Origin: Balamuthia mandrillaris
Taxonomy: Eukaryota
Direction of reading: 5' to 3'
DNA length: 64,000 nt
NCBI GenBank assembly: GCA_031835245.2
Contig: JAVKOQ020000010.1
Location: 310,001-374,000 of the forward strand
Shown: one piece after another, positions 47,001 through 55,859 of the stretch
How the letters are laid out: every line of letters begins with the position of its first letter
Numbering within the stretch: the first letter of the stretch is position 1
The notes under the pieces: model-generated
Seen by the model: only the letters and a program-made list of their open reading frames with translations
The model's database searches: none
What the model was told of the DNA's origin: nothing
Program-made: the position numbers and the translations under genes

Positions 47001-49617
47001 GCTGCAACAATTTATCTTTTGCATTTGCTATTGTTGATGCTTCTGCTTTGTTTGCGGTGCCCACTTTTTCGTTTTCATCTTTTAGTGACTTTGAAGAATT
47101 CCGTTTTCTTTCGTGGACTCTGTCTTTTCGAAGATAGGTAAAAGAAATGCTCTCATCATCATCGCTTTTGCTGCGTTTCTCCTTCAGTTCCTTTTCTTTC
47201 ACTCCTTCTGTCAGAGAAGAGGCAGAAGAAGAAGACGAATGAGGTATAGGAAGAGTGAAGAGACGGTTCACGAACGAATGTGAAATTTTGTTGTGTCCTG
47301 TCGCAAGTTCGATCGGAGAAGATGAGGAGGGCGGTAAGTCATTCTGTTGGTTTTGTTGCTTCTTCTTTTTCTTTAACGTGAACGAAGAATGAAAGCTGCG
47401 ACAGAGAGAAGGTCCTAGTCGAATTTCATCTGGAATGGCAGCAGCAGCAGCTTTGATGGCAGCAACTATTTCTTTAACTTTGTCCTTCTCAATAAAACCT
47501 TTCGCCGCGTGATCCCAAAAACAAAAACTTACTGCCCATTAAAAAAAAAAAGGAAAAGTGAAGGTGAGTAGAATGTTACGAGGAGGAGAACCTAGCGAAA
47601 TACCTATTTGCATTTCTTCCTTAGTACCTCTAGCGATTGCGGAAATAGTCCTCAGTGACTCTAATAACGTGAACGAAATAATTTAAAGTTATGAGAGGAA
47701 GAACAAGAAAAGCGGGGTCCATCAATAGATTGAAGGAGTAGGCGGTGGAAGAACAAATGGAAAATGGCATGGTCCATCGCTTAGAGAAAGCAAACCTTCA
47801 AAGCTAACGGACTTGGGGTCGCTCTTGACCATGGTGTTCCAAATGCATTCTACAAGTATGGGAGGAAACCAGTGCCAAACGGTGTAGAGCAAGGGGAGGG
47901 TGAGTCTGTTGTCCTTACCAGCTCTTGTTTGAAAGTGTGTTTGTAACACTTTGACCTCTGCCTCAGTAACTGTAGAATGAAAATTGAAACAAGAAATGGG
48001 TTCAACAGAAAGAAAGAAAAAAACGGAGGGGAACAGGCGAGAGAGCAGAGAGGAGAGAGCAGAGAGGAGAGAGGAGAGAAGAGAGAGGAGAGAGCAGAGT
48101 GTACATTTAGGAGTAGTAAGGAAACTGAGGTATGCATCCTTGTGTGCCTTTGTATGCAAATGGTGATACGGAAGCGAAACCAGAGCTCCATGGGTTGCAG
48201 CACTCGGAGATGGCAATCCTCCACTACTTCCACTTGTGCTGCCACTTTCACTTCGACCCCTACGTCGAGGGCTCAGTGCACGGATTCCTTTTAAAGAAGA
48301 AGAAATTGAAGAAGAGGGAGAAGGTGTTCTTCTTCTTCGTCTTCTATGTTTGCTTCTTGTCGAATGAGAATCGGGAGAATGTGAGGAAATAGGAAGCTGA
48401 AGAAAAGTGGGAAGTGACAAAGTTGGTGTTGGGCGATGAAGAGCAGTAGTTGGAGGAGCAGAAGCATACGAAGAGGTAAGTTCTATAGCAGGAACTGTGA
48501 TAGTGGCTGACCTCTTTCGAGTTTGTCGTTTTGCAGTGGAAGGAGTGTCATTCGCAGCTTCACTGTCGCTTTTGCTTTCTTTTGCTGTTTCGTTTTCTTT
48601 CGTTTCTGCTTCGGTTCCTGATTCTTGTGTTTCCTCTTTTTCTCTCTCTCTTGCTTTTTCGTTTTCTCCTTCAGGTAATATTTTGGTGAGCAACAGCTGT
48701 CCCTTTGCTCTTCGAAGAACAGCGGGACTGGAAACTTGCCTTTGTAATCGTTTCCTTCCTTCTGTCACAAAATATTCTTCGTCTTCGTGTTCTTCCTCCT
48801 CACTCTCTTCGATGTGCTCCTCTTCTGTCGTTCCTTCATCTTTGCTTCCTTCAGTCGTTTCTTCAGTTTTGCTTTCTGCTTCTTCTTTGTCATCGTCGTT
48901 GCTTTCATCGTTTTCTCCGTCCGTAGAGGAACAAAGCGAAGAAGAGAGAGCAGAGGTGACGGTCGGTGACAGAGCAAACGAAGAGGTGGTAGCAGAGTTT
49001 GTGGTGGTGTGCAACGTGGAAGAAGGATCAGAAGCAGCCGATGAAGAAGCGAGCCGCAACAACAACGAGGAAGAAGGCGTGTAATACGTGGTTGCGGAGT
49101 CCCTCATTTCCATCAGTTCCTCTTCTTCTTCTTCCTTTTCTTCTTCTTTTTCTTCACTCTCTTTCTTCTTTGGCGTCCTCCTCTTCTTCTGCTTCTTCTT
49201 CTCCTGTTGTGTGGAACTGTGTCTGTTGTTGCTGTTGAAAGGTTCGAGAAAACCACGTCTCAACAGGACGGAGCCGAGCCGACGCGCCTCCTCCCTGTGG
49301 CTCACCTCTTGGTAGGCCTCCAGCCAGTCCACGCACTGTTTCCCACTGAGCAAAAGCCTGGTAGGGGCACCACCACTGCCGCTTGCCATGTTAGGGCCTT
49401 GCTCTTCATCTGTAGCCGCTTCCTCCTCCAAACAGGCCGCCACGAGGTTTTCTGCTACTTTGTGTTCTTGGTCTTCTTCTTCATCTCTTTGTCCTCCTCT
49501 TGTTTCTATGAGTGTAGAAGAAGCTACAAATGCCTTCTTGTTCTTCTCCTTTTCTGTTTCTTCCTCCTCCTCCTCCTCCTCCTCCTCCGAGTCTGCTACA
49601 GAATGAGAGGAACCCAT
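42922..49617 (-). CDS. Phospholipase D1/2-like protein with DEP-like, EF-hand-like and PH domains; both HKD motifs degenerate; multi-exon
   Basis: RFESFAPPR, ARWYICG, LSPFIFLKRP, AERGVKIYVLLW, IDLAFGRWDD, YPRMPW, NFIQRWNH, CQIVRS, AQHFIYMEN, MIVDDRTAIIGSANI, SEIG. PH motif EGYLLKKS...WKKRWCVLK. N-terminal MGSSHS. Confidence 0.9.
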
Positions 49618-50003
49618 CGCTCTGCTTTCTCTCTCCTTTTCTTTTCTTTTCTTTTGTTGACGTGATCTGTGATAATCGGTGATCGTAGAAAAATAAACCA
49701 ATGGAAAATCAAAAATTTTATGCCGACAAATTCATTAATATTGATTCTTGTCGACTCTGGAAGGAATGAAAAAAAGGAATGAAGAAGAACAGACCTGTTC
49801 TTCTCACCGGGCACACATATGGTTTGTTGAACCAAAAGTTTGACGTCCTTCGAGGAGCGAAGAGAAATAAAATGGCAGCAGAACAATTTTGTAAAGTTTT
49901 TTTTCATGTTTTAAAAAAAATAAATAAATAAAGAACAGCTTAAACTATGCACAAATAAGAAATAATAATAAAAAAAGAATGACACTTGAGGCAGCGGAGC
50001 GGT

Positions 50004-50564
50004 TTAGAAAAGAGAGCATCCCCTCTTCTTCTTCTTCCTGACCATCTCCTCCTCCCCCTTGAATGACTTTCTGATCTCCCTCACCAGCTGGAAGAAGCAG
50101 TCCTCCACGTTGACCCTGGTCTTGGCGCTCGTCTCCAGGAAGGGGCAGGCGAAGCTCTTGGCCAGGTCGGCGCCCTCGCTGGTGGCCACCTGCCGCTGCT
50201 GCTCCAGGTCGCTCTTGTTGCCGACCAGCACCATGGGCACGTTGTCCTCGTCCTTCACCCTCAGTATCTGCTCACGGAAGGAAATGATCTCCTCGAAGCT
50301 GGTCCGGGAGTTGATGGCGTAGACGCAGAGGAAGCCCTGCCCGGTGCGCATGTACTGGTCCCTCATGGCCGAGTACTCCTCCTGCCCGGCCGTGTCCAGA
50401 ATGTCCAGCAGGCAGACCTCCCCGTCCACGTTGACCTGCTTGCGGTAGGAGTCCTCGATGGTGGGGTCGTACTCGTCGATGAAGTGGTTCTGGATGAGCT
50501 GGATGGTGAGGGCGGACTTGCCCACGCCGCCACCGCCTACCACTACCAGCTTGTACTCGGTCAT
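50004..50564 (-). CDS. ras: Ras family small GTPase; intronless
   Basis: [45 protein letters not shown], polybasic tail and CaaX (CSLF). Confidence 0.98.
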   Translation of the reverse strand: MTEYKLVVVGGGGVGKSALTIQLIQNHFIDEYDPTIEDSYRKQVNVDGEVCLLDILDTAGQEEYSAMRDQYMRTGQGFLCVYAINSRTSFEEIISFREQILRVKDEDNVPMVLVGNKSDLEQQRQVATSEGADLAKSFACPFLETSAKTRVNVEDCFFQLVREIRKSFKGEEEMVRKKKKRGCSLF

Positions 50565-51035
50565 TATGATTTTTCTGTTGTTGTTTTTTGTTGTTGTTGT
50601 TGTGGTTGTTGGTTTGTTTTCTGTTCGTTGTATGTTTTTTTAAAATTGGGTTATGGCTATTTAAGGAGAGGAGCTATAAATAAGTTGGAAGGAGATTGGT
50701 GGTTATTTTTAGAAATGAAATGAATTAATTTAACAACAAAGAATAGATTTGACTCTCTTATTTTGGACCTGTCGGTTCGTGTTATTTTTTTTTTCTTTTT
50801 GGCAAACAGCATGTGTGTAGTAAACCCTGGTTGTTGTCCCTGCCACCTTACGCACAAACGCGCTGCACCAGAGGACTTGGAGTGCAGCGTGAAAAGAAGG
50901 ATGTGAGAGGACAGACGATGGCATAGAATTTTCTTAAAAAAATACAAGAAATAGAAGGAATAGAACAAATAGGAATGTATTCTTGCAAGATTAAACAGCG
51001 TAACTTCGTGATCCCACATAAGCAGAACCAAATAT

Positions 51036-52211
51036 CTAATATTGTTCCTCTTCTCTATTTTGAAAAGAGTACGTGGACCATATCAAGTTGTCAGGAAGAG
51101 GGCAGCCATTGCTGTACGCCCATTCCACAACCTCAAAGTTCTTGTACCGATCCGCCCAAGTGCATGTCTCCTTGTCCCAAGGGCACCCATTGGCACGCAA
51201 CCACTTGAGAATCTCCAAGTGGCCTCCCTTGGCTGCTGCCTCGCAGGTCTTCGGTCCCCAAGGACATCCGTTCTCATGCGCCCATTGCAGCACGTCCAGA
51301 TAACCCCGCTCTGCTGCCGCAATGCAAGTCTCCTCGTTCCAAGGGCATCCTTTCTCCCGAAGCCACTTCAAGACCTCCAGCTGCCCGTTGGCCGCTGCGC
51401 AGAAGCACACTTTGGCATCCCAAGGACACCCATTCTCCCTGGCCCACTCCAACTGCTCCACTTTGCCAGCGGCAGCTGCAGCGGTGCAGGTGGAGCTGTT
51501 CCAAGGACAACCGCGTTCCCTCAGCCACTTCAGCACCTCCACGTTGGCCGCCGAGGCACAGGTGTACACGTCCCAGGGGCAGCCGTTCTCATGGAGGAAC
51601 TCAAACAAGTGCATCTGGCCTTTGCTTGCTGCGTCTGTAAAGGTGTTGGCCTTCCAAGGACAACCGTTCTCATGGAGATAGCGCAGGACGTCCAGGTGGC
51701 CGTAGAGAGCTGCCCATTGGCAAGTGTATTCATTCCACGAGTGTCCTTGCTCTCGTACCCACTTCAGCACTTCCAACTGACCACCCATGGCTGCTTTGTC
51801 GCACAGGTTCATGTATTGGTGGTTGCAGCCGTTCTGTATCACCCACTTCAGCACCTCTAAATGGCCGAATTCAGCAGCAGCTCCGCAGGTGTAACTGTCC
51901 CAAGGGCATCCGTTCTCTCTGGCCCATTTCAGCACTTCCAACTGACCATGTTGGGCGGCGAGCGTGCAGGTCCGACTGGTCATCTGGTAACCAGCCTGGT
52001 TGACGGCCCACCGCAAGAGCTCCAGGCTGGCACAGACGGTTTTGGCTCGGAGGGTCTGGCGAAGTTCTTTGGGAGAGCACTGGAACCAACGGCGGCAGGT
52101 CCTTGCCGCAATGCCCACCATGCCATCGGGCAGCATGCCCAAGGTGTAGGATAACAGCTCGGTCGGAAGGAGGGTTTCGATAAGACTGGGTTGTGTGCTC
52201 ACCTCTGCCAT
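51036..52211 (-). CDS. F-box + ankyrin-like (GCPW) repeat protein; intronless; paralog of 22516-23874
   Basis: LPTELLSYTLGML...AARTCRRW, then about 11 repeats of TC-x-x-AA-x-x-G-x-LEVLKW-x-RENGCPW. Confidence 0.92.
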   Translation of the reverse strand: MAEVSTQPSLIETLLPTELLSYTLGMLPDGMVGIAARTCRRWFQCSPKELRQTLRAKTVCASLELLRWAVNQAGYQMTSRTCTLAAQHGQLEVLKWARENGCPWDSYTCGAAAEFGHLEVLKWVIQNGCNHQYMNLCDKAAMGGQLEVLKWVREQGHSWNEYTCQWAALYGHLDVLRYLHENGCPWKANTFTDAASKGQMHLFEFLHENGCPWDVYTCASAANVEVLKWLRERGCPWNSSTCTAAAAAGKVEQLEWARENGCPWDAKVCFCAAANGQLEVLKWLREKGCPWNEETCIAAAERGYLDVLQWAHENGCPWGPKTCEAAAKGGHLEILKWLRANGCPWDKETCTWADRYKNFEVVEWAYSNGCPLPDNLIWSTYSFQNREEEQY

Positions 52212-52581
52212 GTTATCTGTTGTGTTGGCTTCTGCCTTTGTCTCTCTCCTTTCGGTCTCCGACCTTTTCCCCTTTTTCTGTTTTTTTAAATGACCGACCG
52301 CAGATTAAAAGTATTAATGATAGTGCGGTTAATGTGTCTCTGCTTCAAGTTACTCTTTCACGGGACATCATGGACGTTTTGCTCCGGGCTCCAATTGTCT
52401 TGTAATGCACCGTTGCCGAATGCGTTATCCCAAGCGCAGAAAAACGAAGTAAAGAAGAAGCAAAATAACAACTCAGAACGAAAGAAAAGGCGAAGACGAA
52501 AGCAAAGGAAGGACAAAGCAACAGCACAGAAGGACAGAGAACAAGTGCGAGAGTGATGCATCACCTCCTTTTCGTTTTCGC

Positions 52582-52676
52582 GTCGACAACAAATTTACGT
52601 TTTCCATGTCGACACAGTATATCGTCGACACATAATTTTATCTGTGACATCACCATCTTCCTGGAATTTGTCGACA
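52582..52676. promoter_or_regulatory. Cluster of four GTCGACA sites plus TTCCTGGAA in a divergent promoter
   Basis: GTCGACA at 52582, 52608, 52624 and 52670; TTCCTGGAA at 52658. The cluster lies 50-145 bp upstream of the MTFP1 ATG. Confidence 0.65.
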
Positions 52677-52724
52677 CCCAGCAAACAAAAAAAAAAATGA
52701 GCAAAAAAGAGTAGCGAAGAAGCA

Positions 52725-53522
52725 ATGTCCGCCGACGACGAAGGAGCCCCAACGACGGTCGAAGAACAGAAGCCAGACCTTCCACCCGACGAGCTGGAGG
52801 AGGGTCCACTCCGCTACCTTGGCTTTGCGGCTCGCGTGGGACGCGTGTTGAGCCCCTACGCCAGATACACCGCCTACTCGAGCGACTTTGGGGAGGCCTT
52901 TCGCCCGGTGGTTCATCGGCGCGTGGTGCACGCTGCCTATGGCTTGACTTATGCTTATTGCATCTCTGATGTCGCTTTGCAAACCTACAGGTGAAAAACA
53001 TTTTCTCTCTCTCTCTTTGCTTGTCTTTTATTTCCTGTTTGATGTCTTGTCGCTTCTTTCATCTCTTTTTTTTTTCTCACCTGTTTTTATTTTGTTCTTT
53101 TCTAGAGCGCACAAAGCAGGTTTTCCTAGAAATGAAGTCTATAGGACGTTGGTCTATACCACCACGTTTCAGGGCCTAGCCTCTGTTCTCCTTCCTGCTA
53201 TTGCGGTTCACCAAACAGGTACTCATTGGTGTCAGCATGATTTCTTCTCTCTTTCTCGTTCATTTGTAAAAATATAACTGTTCTCGTTTGTCATATAACA
53301 GTCCATTTGTCCGCACACCTGTTCAAGAGAGCCAAGAGTCCTCGTATCGCGAGATTCGGCCCAACAGCGGCTGGCTTGGCTTTGATTCCTTTCTTGCCCA
53401 CTCTTCTGGATCATCCGGCTGAACATGTTATCAACTTGGTCTTCCAGAAAGTGTGGCCTTCAGAGCATCACCACCATCACCACCATGCGGAGCAACAAGA
53501 GCAAGATAAAAAGACTCAATGA
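52725..53522 (+). CDS. MTFP1: Mitochondrial fission process protein 1 (MTP18 family); 3 exons
   Basis: RYTAYSSDFGEAFRPVV, YGLTYAYC-x-x-DV, TFQGLASVLLPA, PTAAGLALIPFL...DHP. Confidence 0.9.
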
Positions 53523-53658
53523 CAGGGTTTAAAACAGTATTTTGCTTTCTTGTTGAATCGTGTCTTGTTTGGTATTTCTTTCTTTCTTGTCGTTTCTTTC
53601 TTTCGTTTCTCTCCTTCTGTCATAAAGACCATAGAAGAGAACCAAATTTAGTTGTGCT

Positions 53659-54600
53659 TTAAAAGTTTGGATCTTTGCACTGATCATATCTGGTTTGTTC
53701 CTCCGTATAGTAATACGGACCCGTCTTGGAGATACACTTGCCTCCACCCGAGGGACCCGAGTGTGGGCAATGCCTCTCTGCCGACAACGGGCTGATCCGT
53801 TGCAACGCCAAATGCAACGTCCGGCAGGAAGTCGTGTTGCGATCGTTGTGATAGAAGCCGCCATAGGGCAGGGCCGACATGAACTCCATGCAGCTCTCAA
53901 AGGACTCGAACTGGGCGTTGGCGCCGGTGCACTGCAGCTGCAAAGCACCACAGAGGCTCTGCCGGTGGCGAGCCAGCTGCTCCGGGTCAGTGGGGTCAAT
54001 GTCATTGATGGCCTGGTGCACAAAGTTGATCTGGCCCCCGCAGACCTTGTCTTCTTCATTGAAGAAGACCGTGCCGTGGTGCGTGAAGTTGGTGGCGATG
54101 GAGTCGGTGGCAAAGTCGAGGAACTGGAGGAGCGCCTGGTAGCTGCAGCTGTTCTGCCAGCAGGTCAAATGGGTGAACGTGACGCTGGTGACGCGACGCG
54201 ATTGCGGGATGCCTCCTTCCACCGGTCCCGCCAACCCGTAAAAGTACTCCAGGTTGGCCAGGATGCCGTGGAACTCCCCGATGGGAGGGAGCTTGATGAA
54301 GACGTCCTCGGAGAAGAGGGTGTTGGCCACGGTGAAGTCTTGGGTCCAGAGGGCATCGTAGACGATCTCAGCGCCGGTGGGCCAGACGACGTTGCTGTAG
54401 ATGCGGCGTACGACGTCCTTTTGGCGCTCCGAGCGAACAAGGCGTTGTTTGTAGAGAGCGACGAGCGGATCCTCGTGCGATGGGCCGGAAGGAGCGGAGG
54501 GGATCATGCCTTGAAAGTTGAAGTTGATCTCCGTGTCGCTGGCCCAGGTGGCCAAGACGAAAAGGAGGAGCGTGAGCGCACACCAACGTAGGTTCTGCAT
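53659..54600 (-). CDS. Secreted uncharacterised protein (NTF2/SnoaL-like N-part, Cys/His-rich C-part); intronless
   Basis: Signal peptide MQNLRWCALTLLLFVLATWA, LEYFYGLA, CTGANAQFES...C...CRTLH...HCPHSGPSGGGKC. Confidence 0.8.
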   Translation of the reverse strand: MQNLRWCALTLLLFVLATWASDTEINFNFQGMIPSAPSGPSHEDPLVALYKQRLVRSERQKDVVRRIYSNVVWPTGAEIVYDALWTQDFTVANTLFSEDVFIKLPPIGEFHGILANLEYFYGLAGPVEGGIPQSRRVTSVTFTHLTCWQNSCSYQALLQFLDFATDSIATNFTHHGTVFFNEEDKVCGGQINFVHQAINDIDPTDPEQLARHRQSLCGALQLQCTGANAQFESFESCMEFMSALPYGGFYHNDRNTTSCRTLHLALQRISPLSAERHCPHSGPSGGGKCISKTGPYYYTEEQTRYDQCKDPNF

Positions 54601-54868
54601 GGTCGCTTGCTTTGTGTTGGTTGGAACGCCCCTCCTGGCAAAGTGCAGCTTCTGTTGGCGTCCCTCTCGTTCGAAACGTCGTCGTTGCTTTTCTAACAAA
54701 ACTCCGTTTGATTTTCCATTGGATCATATTATGTTAATCGAAGATCAATTCAATGAACTAGATCATATTTTATGATTTTCTATTAGCAGATCAAGATCAA
54801 CGGTTTTGTTGATCGAAAAAAAAAACAAAAAGAAAGTTTGGAAGAAGAGGAACGTGAGGGACTTCATC

Positions 54869-55822
54869 ATGCTGGCCATTGAGGTCGTGGACGACAAGGA
54901 CACGCACCTGTACGCTCACTCTATACTCGAGTTCATCATCGACCGTGAAAAATTCGACGCGCACGTAAGTAATACTACTTACTACCTATGCTCGCACACG
55001 CTGTTCTCTCCCCCCTTCCCTCTTTTTTTTTCTGTGTGATTTGTGATTTCCGTCAACAACGGGAGGAGCAAGCCTTGGGGTGAAGTGAGAAAAAAAAGAT
55101 ATTCCTTCACAACCAACACAGCTCAATGGGATCATTCCCTCTTTTTCGCTTCTTCTCTTGCAGAGAAGGTGGGAGGAGTGGTGATTCCCTTCTCCGACAT
55201 TGAACACCTTGATGGTGCTTTGTGTGAGGCAATGGATACCGCGCAACTTGCAAAAGACTTTCTTGCTGCGCCACTTCTGTCTCTTACATTCGCTTATTTC
55301 CTTTTTGTTCTCTTCTCTGCTTGTCTCGTTCTTCTCGTCCGCTGCTTCTCTTCTCCTCTCTCTTTCTCTGCTGCTCTGCTCTTCTCCGCTTCTCTTTGCT
55401 TCTCCGCTTCTTCTCTTTCTCTCGTCTAACTCCTTTTGTCTCGCAAACAAGTTGGAGAGACTAAGAGAAGGCCAACCAGTCAATCCCTCCGCTCATGACC
55501 TCATTCGTTATTGCTTGCAACACGGAGCAGCTCGTGCTGCAGCCGCCGCCAACAAACAAGAGGCTTCCTCTTCCTCCTCCGCCGATCATGCGCCATCCCA
55601 TTACACTCCCACGGCGAGGGAACATTTTTTCTCCTCAATGGCTGCCAAGGTTGCCTACAAAGCAGAACTGCCACTGGACGTTGTGGAGAAGGAGCTGCCT
55701 TTGAAGCTGCAATTCGACCTATTGAAACAGCTCAACATCGAGTATTCGGATGACCCGTTAGTATTTCTTTTCTCTCTCTCTCTCTCTCTCGCTCTCTTTT
55801 TCGTATTGCCTCTTGCTCTCTG

Positions 55823-55859
<37 letters not shown>

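Noticed and set aside
50821..50828. TAAACCCT as a telomerase RNA template
   Set aside because: It is a single 8-mer with no pseudoknot or other support, and the telomere repeat of this organism cannot be determined from the window.
55048..55267. Identification of the INTS8 intronic structure as a TPP riboswitch, RNase P/MRP, U1 or U3
   Set aside because: Only partial look-alikes are present (TGAGA, GGGATCATT, TTGCA loop). The diagnostic motifs are missing on the strand favoured by the G-U pairs.
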